Positions 24,801 through 36,688 of a stretch of DNA of 64,000 nt are shown here, one piece after another; position 1 is the first letter of the stretch, and each line of letters begins with the position of its first letter. Below the pieces are notes generated by a model that saw only the letters and a list, made by a program, of their open reading frames with translations, was not told the DNA's origin and did not search any database. This DNA is from Squalus acanthias (Eukaryota). The translations under genes and the position numbers were made by a program. The stretch lies in contig CM059432.1 in the NCBI GenBank assembly GCA_030390025.1, positions 84,880,001 through 84,944,000 of the forward strand, read 5' to 3'.

Positions 24801-26254
24801 CCCATTCTCTACCGGGGATGTAAAGAAGATGTGCTCGGACTGCAGAGTCTGTGCGGAATTGAAACCTCGGTTTTTCCGCCCCTCGGGTGGTATACTCATA
24901 CATGCGACCCAGCCAATGCAACGGCTTAGCATCGATTTTAAGGGGCCGTTGCCCTCTTCAACTCGCAACACTTATCTATTGACCATGGTTGATGAGTATT
25001 CCCGTTTTCCGTTTGCCTTTCCCTGCCCCAATATGCTGACGTCCACGGTTATCAGCTGCCTTGAGCAGGTATTTGCTTTCTGTGGCATGGCATCCTATGT
25101 TCATTCGGATCGGGGCCCTTCTTTTATGTCAGGAGAACTCAAGGCCTATCTCTCGGAACAGGGTATTGCTGCCAGCAAAACGACGCCTTATCATCTGGTC
25201 GGGAATGGGCAAGTCGAGCGTTTTAACGCTATCATCTGGAATGCGGTACGTCTGGCTTTGAGATCTCGGGGCCTACCCAACCAGCAATGGGAAGCAGTAC
25301 TTCCAGACGCATTACACTCCACACGGTCCCTCCTTTCGACCGCCATAAATACGACGCCTCATGAACGGTTCTTCCGATTTCAGCGTCGCTCATCCTATGG
25401 GATATCTCTCCCGTCGTGGCTGACTGCACCGGGACCAGTGCTACTCCGAAGATATGTCCGGGCGTCTAAGAATGACCCCCTGGTAGATGAGGTTGAGCTC
25501 ACTGACGTCAACCCTACCTACGCCTATATTCGGTATCCTGACGGTCGGGAATCTACCGTGTCATTGCGGGATCTGGCTCCCTGCCCGCCAAAACATAGAG
25601 GGACACCAGGGGATGATATTGTACCAGGCACATCTCTGGGCTCGCCAGGTGCCTCTCATCATGATCTGGATCTGACGCCGGCTGGTACCTCACTCCAGCG
25701 TGCCGACCTGGGGCAGACTGACTATGAGCCCGTCGGGGCTCGCACGCGCAGCCACGATCCACCCTGTACCGTACGCTCGGAAACTGATCTGCCACAGCCC
25801 TGCCCGACACCCGTTCGGGCACCAGTACACAGTCAGGATCGTCCTGACCCCTCACAGAGCGGGCTGGATCACTCGGACTCTGGTCCACGGCCCGCGGCGG
25901 GTAAACGGGCTAGGGGCCCTCTACCGCAACGAGAACCCAAACGGGTGCGGCTCTCCCTCGTCCAGCGGCTACGAAATGGAGGGAGAATGTGGTAACACAA
26001 TACAGCTTCCTGTGACTCGAACTTCATCCCGGCCTCCTAATCTTTTGGGGGGGGGAGAATGTGGTAACACAATACAGCTTCCTGTGACTCGAACTTTATT
26101 GCATCACTTCCTGTGATTAGTCCAGGATAAATACTGGACTGATCAGTTGGATCCTGGAGAGGCATAGAGTAAGACCTCTTTTGTATGTAGCACCTTTTTT
26201 AGTTGATTAAAGCTTACTTTAAGTTCACCACGCGTAAGGCTCATTCTTACGACA
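21803..26254 (+). mobile_element. Ty3/Gypsy LTR retrotransposon (Mag-like gag)
   Basis: 195-bp LTRs at 21803-21997 and 26060-26254 (TG..CA, identical by eye), 5-bp TSD GTAAG, PPT. Domain order is gag (double Cys/His knuckle), PR (DSGS), RT, RNase H (CDAS), IN (HHCC, DFKGP, SDRG). Confidence 0.97.
22076..25995 (+). pseudogene. Gypsy gag-pol with one frameshift and two in-frame TGA stops
   Basis: Frame change near 22590. TGA at 23380 and 24217, with the same frame continuing after each. Confidence 0.9.
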
Positions 26255-26749
26255 GTAAGTTTATTTTTATAACTTTTAAAAAGATTTTAAATTTTTTCAA
26301 AAATTTAATTTTTTGTTTAAAGTGGTTAATTTATTTAACTATAGTTATTTTATTAATGTGATGTCTTTTTTTTAAATTTAATTGAGGTTTAGCTGTTCTT
26401 TTGGGGGCTTGTAGTATTCATAGCTTTGACAGCCCTTGCTGTCAAAACTATGAATGAAAGATGGTGTGCTGCCATTGGCTCTAACTGAATCACATGATCC
26501 CAGAGCTCGCACGAACTAATTGCGCCTCTGGGACACGCAAGCACTGCACGGTTGCAACAGGGAGAGGCCCTGAAACTGAAGTTCGTGTGGGCCCCAAACA
26601 AAAAGGTAGGCGCGGAGTGCGATATCGCGGGGAATCCTTACCCCCGCGGGAACCATCGATGTTTAATTTCTGGGCCATTAATACACCTTATATAAGCAGG
26701 AGTTCATTATTGCTAATCTTTTGTTTTGTTTTCCTTAGCTACTTTTTAA

Positions 26750-28117
26750 AAATTCGCTTATGGGATCTGGGCGTCGCTGGCAAGGCCAGCATTTATTGCC
26801 CATCCCTAGTTGCCCTTGAGAAGGTGGTGGTGAGCCGCCTTCTTGAACTGCTGCAGTCCATGTGGTGAAGGTACTCCCACAGTGCTGTTAGGTAGGGAGT
26901 TCCAGGATTTTGACCCAGCGACGATGATGGATCGGCGATATACTTCTAAGTCAGGATAGTGTGTGACTTGGAGGGTAACTTGGAGGTGTTGGTGTTCCCA
27001 TGCGCCTGCTGCTCTTGTCCTTCTAGGTGGAAGAGGTCACGGGTTTGGGAGGTGCTGCCGAAGAAGCCTTGGTGAGTTGCTGCAGTGCATCTTGTAGATG
27101 GTATACACTGCAGCCACAGTACGCCGGTGGTGGAGGGAGTGAATGTTTAAGGTGGTGGATGGGGTGCCAGTCAAGCGGGCTGCTTTGTCCCGGATGGTGT
27201 CGAGCTTCTTGAGTGTTGTTGGAGCTGCACTCATCCAGGCAAGTGGAGAGTATTCCATCACACTCCTTACTTGTGCCTTGTAGATGGTGGAAAGGCTTTG
27301 GGGAGTCAGAAGGTGAGGCACTCGCCGCAGAATACCTAGCCTCTGACCGGCTCTTGTTGCCACAGTATTTATGTGGCTGGTCCAGTTAAGTTTCTGGTTA
27401 ATGGTGACCCCCACGATGTTGATAGTGGGGGATTTGGCGATGGTAATGCCATTGAATGTCAAGGGGAGGTAGTTAGACTCTCGCTTGTTGAATAGTCATT
27501 GCCTGGCACTTCTGTGGCGCGAATGTTACCTGCCACTTATCAGCCCAAGCCTGAACGTCGTCCAGGTCTTGTTGCATGCGGGCATGGACTGCTTCATTAT
27601 CTGAAGAGTTGTGAATGGCGCTGAACACTGTGCAGTCATCAGCGAACATCCCCATTTCTGACCTTATGTTGGAGGGAAGTTCATTGATGAAGCAGCTGAA
27701 GATGGTTGGGCCTAGGACACTGCCTTGAAGAACTCCTGCAGCGATGTCCTGGGGCTGTGATGATTGACCTTCAACCACCACAACCATCTTCCTTTGTGCT
27801 AGGTATGACTCCAGCCAGTGGAGCGTTTTCCCCCTGATTCCCATTGACTTCAGTTTTACTAGGGCTCCTTGATGCCATACCTGGTCAAATGCTGCCTTGA
27901 TGTCAAGGGCAGTCACTCTCACTTCACCTCTGGAATTCAGCTCCTTTGTCCATGTTTGGACCAAGGCTGTAATGAGGTCTGGAGCCGAGTGGTCTTGGTG
28001 GAACCCAAACTGGGCATCAGTGAGCAGGTTATTGGTGAGTAAGTGCCGCTTGATAGCACTGTCGATGACACCTTCAATCACTTTGCTGATGATTGAGAGT
28101 AGACTGATGGGGCGGTA
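26750..28117 (-). mobile_element. 5'-truncated CR1/L2-group LINE. Other copies at 42980-43410(+), 46935-47988(+) and 57720-59640(+).
   Basis: ALDIKAAFD, QGSVLGP, MFADD; shared 3' end ggcaataaatgctggccttgccagcgacgccc. Confidence 0.9.
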
Positions 28118-28254
28118 ATAATCAGATACTAAACAGATAAATATGTAGAACTGCTAGAAAGAGCAGATAACTCTCCATATCATTATCGGCCAAAATCTGT
28201 TCTTTCCAACCCACTGCAATAACACAAAAGTAAATTATTCTTAATTAACTTTGG

Positions 28255-28675
28255 GTACGATAGTGTAGTGCTTGGTTACTGGACTAGTAATCAGGAGATG
28301 CAACAATCACGGAAAATGTGAGTTCAAGTATGAGAATTTGAATTCAGTTTTAAAAATCTGGAAATAACAAACCAAAATAGTGACCACGAAGCTGTTGGAT
28401 TGTCATAAAAACCCAATTCCTTCACTAATGCCCTTTAGGGAAGGAAACCTGCTCTCCTTACCCGCTCTGGCCTATACATTACTGCAGTCCCGCACCAACA
28501 TGGTTGACTCTTAACTGCCCTCTGAAGTGACCTAGCAAGCCACTCAGTTGTATCATACCACTGCAAAGCAGAATTGTGGGAACACCTTCACCTCATGGAG
28601 TGCAGCAGTTCAAGTAGAGGTGGACAATAAATGCCAGCTTTGCCAATGACACCCACACCGAGAATTAAAAATATT
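28255..28675 (+). mobile_element. V-domain SINE (HE1-like)
   Basis: Core ttcactaatgccctttagggaaggaaacctgc...ggttgactcttaactgccctctgaa. The tail resembles the 3' end of the adjacent LINE family. Confidence 0.7.
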
Positions 28676-28818
28676 TAAAATATTACGGTCAAGGTAAGTG
28701 TTGAGAAATAGCTGGCTCTTCAGTCACTGCATGAAAACATAACCTTAAAGCAACAGGGAATCAGCACAAATGTACTATCTCCTCTCACAACTATACATGG
28801 ACAGTAAAGGTGGCTGAC

Positions 28819-28918
28819 CTCTCGTCACCAGAATTCTCACAGTATTCCAGGCTCCACGTGAAGCAGCCCACAGTAGAGGAGTGCGGGATTCATTGTCGAT
28901 CATATTCATGTCTGACCC
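28819..28918 (-). CDS. TRPA1: TRPA1 exon 9 (GSDMNMIDNESRTPLLWAASRGAWNTVRILVTR)
   Basis: tgacag acceptor, GTCAGC donor, 100 nt. Confidence 0.94.
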
Positions 28919-29799
28919 CTGTCATAAAAAAACCAAAAATGACTTGCACATAAATTAAGTAGAATTATTTACTCACTTACAAATTAATTAATTTGCATAT
29001 AAGTTCTAGTTTTCTGTCTTGTTGGAATACACCTCCCCTGCTCCAAACCATCTAATATAAACTAGCCAAAGGCCTTGGGACAGTAAGGGAGGGTGGGAGG
29101 GAGGAAGGAAAGAGAAAAGAAATTAAGTACTTTTGAAGTGTAGTCACTGTTGTAATGTAGGAAACGTGACAACCAATTTGTGCACAGCAAGCTCCCACGA
29201 ACAGCAATGTGACAATGAGCAGATAATCTGTTTTAGTGAAGTTGGTTGAGGATTATAAAATCCCCTGCTCCTCTTCAAAATAGTCCCATGGGATCTTTTA
29301 CGCCCACCTGAGAGGACAGACTAGACCTTGGTTTAATGTCTCATCCGAAAGACGGCATCAAACATCAAAGGTGCTATCTAAGCACAAAATGCTGTTGTGT
29401 CCACAGTGAGATAGAAAGACAGAGAAATAGAAAGAGCATAAGAGGCCAAGCCTAATCCTGTCCTCACTAATCTTTGTACACATGCATATTCAGTGAAGGG
29501 GTTGGATTGTGAAACTCTGACCAATTTCTGCTCCCTACTCCAGGGGAATAGAGGCTAATTGTAATATCCCTGCCATCTATGCGGCTGAGATCAGCAAACT
29601 CAGCACAGACTAGAGATTCATTGTTGGTCCTTCCCAGTCTTTATCGCTAAGCTACTCATTGGATAAACGAGTTCAGACATTGGGGAAACTTCTTAAAAAT
29701 TATTTTGTTCTTATGATCATTTTTATCTTATTCTCTGTCTAGCATACAGCTAGTAAAATTTAACATTTTTAACTGCTTAGAAGAGTTGTGTGAGAATAC

Positions 29800-29848
29800 C
29801 TGTTCAATTAAGTATTCCACTAGTTCTGAGTAGTCATACGTTGCAGCC
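29800..29848 (-). CDS. TRPA1: TRPA1 exon 8 (AATYDYSELVEYLIEQ)
   Basis: tatacag acceptor, GTATTC donor, 49 nt, phases 2/0 fit both neighbours. Confidence 0.92.
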
Positions 29849-29973
29849 CTGTATATAAAAATTACACATTATACATTAAAAATTACCACCATCAATAGAG
29901 TTTGAATTACTTTACTGGAAACACACAGTCAACAAACTAAAATCCGTTCAGTTTCAAATTAATCTTCTCTTAC

Positions 29974-30110
29974 TTGTGCAATGGTGTTTGTTTAATGTCA
30001 TCCAGAAGGTGAAGTATATCATTTTCTCCCTTGTATTTGGACAGCATGAGCTTGACTGCCTCAACTGCCCCCTGCATACAGGCAAAGTGAAGGGCAGTAG
30101 ACTTATCCTT
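29974..30110 (-). CDS. TRPA1: TRPA1 exon 7 (KDKSTALHFACMQGAVEAVKLMLSKY...QTPLH)
   Basis: tgacag acceptor, GTAAGA donor, 137 nt. Confidence 0.95.
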
Positions 30111-30739
30111 CTGTCAATTATAAACAAAAAGCAAACATATTCATTCAGAATTTATTCTATAAAGTTTAATAGATATAAGCCTAGAAATTATTGTTTGAAA
30201 TAATAGTGGGCTTTCATTTAGTAGGTGAATTTCCTCACCGTCTATGGCATACTTACAGTGCTGGAACGGAGTAGGATCAATTTCAAATGGGGAAACTTGG
30301 GTGGAAGTGATTTCAGCTGCCTGTGCACCTTTAAATCGCTTCCCCCCACCCCGACCCCCGAGTTTCCTCAATCTTCTGGGCCCTTCCCACGACCTGCTCA
30401 CCAAACCCCCACAGGACTCATTTACATACAGCTTCTGTCACCCAATGGCACTGCAGATGCGAGATTCCTGCTTTGTGCCCCTATTGCACTCAATTAAAAG
30501 AGGCACAGCAGCTCCCCCATCACCTGATCCAGGTGCAAGTGAGAGGCTTGGGAGCTTTGAAGAGTCACAAAACTTTGTTTACTAATTACTGGCTTCTGAA
30601 AACATATTTTCATTCCTTTTATTTTGCTTTGCCCTTACTGAGCCTGCACTTCATTTTGACTGAGTGTTACTGTCTCACTCCACTCAAAGATTTTCACCAC
30701 CCAATCCTCCCCCCCGCAGTCAGATCGACTCAGAGGCAG

Positions 30740-31830
30740 GTATGGATTTCCCCATGAGGATACCTCGCTTAGCTTTAATTTTAAGGAGGAGGGACAGCAG
30801 CAGCATTTGGTGAGAAGGAGAGTCAGGCAGCCTGGCAAACGACTGCAGCCCACAAGATATTACCACCCCCTCCCAAAGAAGCTATCGGCAGGACAGGTCC
30901 TATGAGGACTTCTCTGAGGAGCTGTGTGTCAGAAAGGTTCGCTCTCCAAAGGTGCCAGTGGTCATCTCTGTGACCTTCTGAATGAAGATCTGAAGCTACG
31001 CTCATCTGCCAACACTGCTCTCTATCTGTGACTAAGAACGTCACCACTGCCCTCATTTTTTTTAAATCTCAAGCTCATTTCAAGCATCCACAGGGGATCT
31101 CTGCAACGTAAGACAGGGAGCAGTAAGGGTATCAGGGAGAAGAAAGGGCACCGGGGAGCAGTAAGGGCACCGGGGAGCAGTAAGGGCACCGGGGAGCAGT
31201 AAGGGCACCGGGGAGCAGTAAGGGCACCGGGGAGCAGTAAGGGCACCGGGGAGCAGTAAGGGCACCGGGGAGCAGTAAGGGTATCAGGGAGAAGAAAGGG
31301 CACCGGGGAGCAGTATGGGCACCGGGGAGCAGTAAGGGCACCGGGGAGCAGTAAGGGTATCAGGGAGAAGAAAGGGCACCGGGGAGCAGTAAGGGCACCG
31401 GGGAGCAGTAAGGGCACCGGGGAGCAGTAAGGGCACCGGGGAGCAGTATGGGCACCGGGGAGCAGTAAGGGCATGCATATGCCAGATCACGGACAGCCTG
31501 TACAGCAGAGTAGCCCACTTCATTATGGGGTTGCTGGCTTCCCCAAGGGACAAGTGTCCAATCGATGGCATCCATGTCGCATTGAACCCCTTCACCTATG
31601 TGAACAGGAAGGGATTCCAGTCTATGAATGTGCACATAGTTTGTGAGGCCATTCAGAGGGTCCTTCATGTCAATGCCCAGTATGCAGGAAGCTTCCATGG
31701 CACATTCATCCCCCAACATTTAGCGCTCCCTCATCTCTTCAGAGAAGAAAATAATATAACCAGATGGCTACTGGGTGACAAGGCATTCCCCTGGGTGGAT
31801 TACCTATATCCTGGCCAGCACTCATCCCAT
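30740..31830 (+). pseudogene. Harbinger (HARBI1-like) transposase remnant
   Basis: IDGIHVAL, YVNRKGFQSMNVHIVC, AQYAGSFH, WLLGDKAFP. Confidence 0.8.
31114..31472 (+). repeat. 19-bp minisatellite (gggcaccggggagcagtaa)n, about 19 copies
   Basis: Direct tandem units, with a recurring variant gggtatcagggagaagaaa. Confidence 0.95.
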
Positions 31831-33195
31831 AATCAACGCCTCCAAAAAGATTGATCAATTGGTCACTGTATTTGCCTACATAACAAGAGCCACTTCACTT
31901 CAAAACCATTGAATATGAAGCACTTTGAGATGTTTCTGAGAGGTGTGATAATGTGGTAAATGCAAACCTTCAAGTTCTCATACCCTTTGAAATAGACTTC
32001 CTTCATGTCTCTCACAAATCTAATCAACAGCTAGCTACAACCTCTTATATTCTATGATTCCAGCAGCTATCTTTAATCATTCTTCATCTAATGATATTTA
32101 TTGCTTCACATTCTACCCCACCTCAAATGGAACTCCCACATCATTTTCATTATTAAAATTGCCTTCAAGAGGCTTAATTTTCTCTTTCATGTGAAGTACG
32201 TTCTCCCCAACAACTTTTAATTCATTATAAAGCCAAAGACCATTCAAGACTAGAATATTACTCCCATATCTGGAAAGCTCTTCTAACACCGCTGCCACAC
32301 TTTTGGATAGGTTACCATAAAAAACTTGCCAATTGATAAGGTGATTAATTTCTCATCTTCAGCTTCCAAACTCTCTCTGTCACAAGTTGTAGTAATTCAT
32401 CTATTGCAATGCGCGAGGACTAGCAGTTGCATGTACTGGGAGCTTTCTCTCTATCTTGTTGAAGGGCAGTGCTCCTCTGAAATTTCCTCTCTTGTTCCTC
32501 TAAGCTCCAAATACAGTGATCGACAGGCTCTTCCTTCGCCCTGCATCTTCACTGAAATCAAGACACATCAGATATGCTGGGAATTTCCTTGGAGCTGCTT
32601 TCGCTCAGCCAGCATAACTTCGCCGGAAGTACAGCATAAACCCCGTTTATTTGTGAAAATGGGGTTTCAGCCGCATTTCCAGCGAAGTTACGGTGGTAGA
32701 ACGAGAGCAGCTACGAGGAAATTTCAGGTCATAATCTTGCACTAACTCGTTCTTACACAGGACTTCAAATCTGTAAAATATTTTACCTCTCCTTCCTCTT
32801 ACCATTGTCAGACTTTTCAAATCTTAGCTTGAAGTAGCTTAATCACTAATCCCTGATTTATCTTGTGTTCTCTTACTCTTTTGAACACTAATGCCTGCAC
32901 TATAACCTTGGCCCTTTAATTTAAAAAAAAATCATAATTGTTTCAGCAAGAGGACAAATAAGTGATACATATGATAAAAGATAATTACCAGCGGGGCAGC
33001 ACTTATCACTAAAATTATTATCTTATAACTAGCCAGTTCTAAAAAAAAGTTATACCAGCAGTATTGTATGTTTTTATTTCAGTTGCTGACTGATCGGCTG
33101 TTCAGTTGCAGGCTTTTCTGTTTTTATTTCAGAATTTCTAACATTCATTTTTTTTCCTTTTTCCTTCACCTTATGAGTGTTCTGTAAACACATAC

Positions 33196-33341
33196 CTCCT
33201 GTAAATCAATTTTTGCTCCATTTTCAATGCAGATTTTAATTGTCTCAATTTTTCCACCAAGTAAAGCCAAATGAAGAGGGGTATGGAGTCCTTCATCGAG
33301 AAAATTTGAATGTTTTTCACGAGGGTAGCCCAGTTCCTCGC
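33196..33341 (-). CDS. TRPA1: TRPA1 exon 6 (GEELGYPREKHSNFLDEGLHTPLHLALLGG...GAKIDLQE)
   Basis: ctttcaag acceptor, GTATGT donor, 146 nt. Confidence 0.95.
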
Positions 33342-33443
33342 CTTGAAAGACAAATACTGTGTGATTAAACTGTTTGTATAAAATAAATAAAGACATAAAG
33401 GCAAACTGCCTCTTCAATCATTAACGTTTTCCTTTATACTAAC

Positions 33444-33552
33444 CATTCTGAAGTATTGCTTCGAGTGTCTTCTCTGCACCTGAAAAAGCAGCTTCATGAA
33501 TAGGAAAACGTCCCAGCCTATTCTGTTTGCATAATAATGCTCCATGCTTCAG
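33444..33552 (-). CDS. TRPA1: TRPA1 exon 5 (LKHGALLCKQNRLGRFPIHEAAFSGAEKTLEAILQN)
   Basis: ctttttag acceptor, GTTAGT donor, 109 nt. The FPIHxAAFSG motif is typical of TRPA1. Confidence 0.95.
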
Positions 33553-34129
33553 CTAAAAAGAATTAATCAAAGGGCAACTTTAATATAGTTCTAGAAAAAC
33601 AGGCTTAGTAAGATAACTCTGAGTATTGCTCTTAATAGCTATTTTCATAGTCATGGGAATTAAGTACATGTCATAAAGTGCCGTGTAACATTGAGTTGAA
33701 ACTGCTCAGAACAAACCTTTTACAAGCTGCTTATTCCAAAATAGTTCCTTATAATATATTGTTCCAATATGAAATCCACAGTTTATAGGCCACTGATCAT
33801 CAGGAAAACAAATTAATCGTTTTCTGCTATGGTGTTCATGTTTGATGAATCCAATTTGTGTCATATGGAGTAACCTAATTAGGGCTTATAGGAGCATCGG
33901 AACGTAGGCGCCCCTCGCGGCTGCTCCATCATTCAATTAGATCATGACTGATCTGTACCTCAACTCCATTTACCCGCCTTAGCTCCATATCCCTTGATAC
34001 CCTTACCTAACAAAATCTATCAATCTCAGTCTTAAAAGCTCCAATTGTCCCAGGATCTACAACCTTTTGGGTGAGAGAATTCCAGATTTCTTGGGACTTC
34101 CACAATCTTTTCTGATTTACAAGCAGCAG

Positions 34130-35510
34130 ATAGTTTCAGCATTGCACCCCTTGCATTCTCCTCCACCCTCACCACAACCCTACCCTTGTGCCTTTCTCCT
34201 TTCAGGTAGCCAAGAACTCCAACCTGGCCAAGCAGTGGTGGAGGAGCAGGAACTGTAAGAGGAAGAAGGCAGTGATGCTGAAGACACAGCACCATCACTC
34301 GATTTCACACTCGTAGCCACCAACTCAGATACTTAAACTGCGCATACTTTAGAGGGTAGCGTAGAGGTGGGATCTGCATGTGGTGAGTCAGCCGGCACAA
34401 GTGAGCTGCAGCCAGGGCAGGGCTAAAGGGGAGCGCAGGTCCCAGCTCCCTGGAGGGTGAGGTCGCACATGAGTTCTGCTGCACAGGACTCAGCTGAGGA
34501 CTTCGATGGGGCAGCCTTCAGACCAGTACTGATGGGTATACACAATGAGATGCTTGGTGCATTGGCAGGCCTGCCAGAAAGCCTGAATGCAATGTCAAGG
34601 AACATAGAGGAGTCCAGCACCAACCTTGCACAGGGTTTTGTGCAGAGCTTGGAGCCCATCCTTTCCAGCGTGGAAGTGGTGGGCAAATCCATTAGCGCAC
34701 TTGTGGACCCAACCGTCATGCAGTATCTGATGGCGGATGTCGCAGCTTCCATTGCAGCACAATCAGAAGACACCCAACGTCTAAGTGCTGCAGTGGAAGC
34801 TCAAACTGAAGTCATGCAAGCACAGACTGCTGCCACACAAGCACAGACTGCTGCCATCATGGCTACGTTTACCAGTGTTGAAAGGGGCTTGCAGGGTGTC
34901 ACAGCAGTCCACCAATCTGTCATCCAATGGCAGTGGCTCCGTGGAGCACGAACCGGCCATCCTCTCTCAGGATGATAGCATTCGTTCTCCCACCCCTGCC
35001 ACTCAGTCAGTGCCCTTGCTTTTGCCTGTCAGTCAGCCAGCCCGGACTGCTGCCGCCTATGCCAAGGTGGTGCAGTCCGAAGCCTGGTCTTCTAGGCCCA
35101 GAGCTGCTCGAGGTCATCCTCCAAGGTCATCTGTAGTCTCCTCCACTGAAAGTCAGCAGCCTTCCACCAGCCATGCTGCAGCCACTGGGGTAGCACTGCG
35201 TAGGAGCACTAGGACAGGCAAAGGCACATGGAAGACAAGCATTAAGGGACTGCACAAGAGTGATTAGTTGACTTTGGAATGTAATATTGGATGGTTTGAT
35301 TATAAATTTGGTTTGGAATGTTTGTTTTGAGATGGCATTTTTTGTAGCCTTGTGGCCAAGAAGATGCTGTGATGGTCAATAACAGAGGGAGGTAAGGTGT
35401 GGGACTGTTTGTGAATGGAGAATTAGGGTTGCATTCACTGGTACCGCAGTTGAATGAGTCAATCACGGCCAGCCTGGCCAGAAAGGGGCTGTGTTAGTTG
35501 CCTCCTCCCT

Positions 35511-35542
<32 letters not shown>

Positions 35543-36345
35543 CTCCTCTTCAGCTCTTCGCCGTATACATGGTGGCAAGGGCTGTGCCCTCATGATGCCG
35601 AGGTTGTGGAGCATGCAGTAGAAGATGACGAATCTTGAGATGCACTCTGGCAAGTACTGCAGGTCTTCTCCAGAGTGGTCCAGGCAGCGGAAGCATTGTT
35701 TAAGCACGCCAATGGTCTGCTCTGTCAGATTCTGTGTGGCAGCATGGCTTTTGTTATATGCATGCTGCCCACGCATGCTTGGGTTGCCCTTGTCGCCCAG
35801 TAGCCACCCTCTGGTTTGTCGTGGTAGTTCAAATGCTGATGGTACAGCGGACTGCCACAGAATGAAGGCATCATGACTGCTGCCAGGATACCGAGCATTG
35901 ACCTGCATGATGCGCTGAGTATGGTCGCACAGCATAGGCAGCATCCATCCTGATGTGATAGAGCAAACCTCCAAAGTAGAGCAAACCTCCAAAGTGTAGA
36001 AAGTAACCTCTAAATTGTACAACGTAATCTCTCAGCAAAAGTACTGTGAACAAACTCTTTCGCACTAGCAGGTAAGAAAGCAGCTGTGATTACTGAGTAT
36101 TTATTGGCATCCTTGCCTGAGATTGCTTCAGCCCCCTCACTGGCGAGTTTCAGGAAGTCGGCAAACCCATGGACCCGATGTTAAAGTGAGAACAGTGTGT
36201 CAGTATCACTTTAATTGAGCAATTAGCATATGAAAATTGGCAACCCGAGGGGGTTGCACGCAGGCAGCCTAACGCACTGGAGTCAAATGCAGAAATCTGG
36301 AGGTTGGAGCCGGCTTCCTGACGTGCTGTCAATTTTGCTGGTTTT
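34130..36345. mobile_element. Degenerate autonomous-type Harbinger: accessory gene 3' part (+) converging on transposase (-). Continues at 41836-41990.
   Basis: Minus strand VNARYPGSSHDAFIL, WLLGDKG, EQTIGVLKQCFRCLD, MLHN with an acidic tail. Plus-strand coiled-coil-like ORF at 34457-35267. Confidence 0.85.
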
Positions 36346-36688
36346 ACTCTATCCTTGCCCATCCGTTGCCATCCTTTGCCCTTTCTCCCCCAATCTCCTC
36401 TCTTCCACTGTTTAAGTTCCCCTGGCACTAATAATGGGTGCATTTTAGCCCTAACTACAACTTCAAGCAGCAAGTTTAAAGTTACCTGGTCCCACTGCCC
36501 ATCCCCCGACCATGCTTGCTCTTTGTTTTCATCAGTGAGCACTGGATCTTTGCTCAAATCTGGCTTTCAAGTCCCTGGACTTCTCTTGACATCAAGACGA
36601 AGCTACTCCGTTGGACTACACTGCAAGGGTCAGCTGCTATGAATCTGATCTTCTATTCAGATGCTTAAATTTTAAGTTTTAACCCTAC

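Larger units (their letters stand above)
19266..26676. mobile_element. Harbinger-type MITE hosting a CR1 and a Gypsy insertion
   Basis: TIRs GGCCCGAAAATTAGAC / GTTTAATTTCTGGGCC, flanked by gtt/att. Confidence 0.75.

Noticed and set aside
31022..31474. Cys-rich ORF (RCPYCSP)n resembling a zinc finger
   Set aside because: It is an artefact of the 19-bp minisatellite cycling through frames.
35459..36022. Possible domesticated HARBI1 host gene
   Set aside because: It is truncated and internally deleted, and sits inside a decayed transposon.
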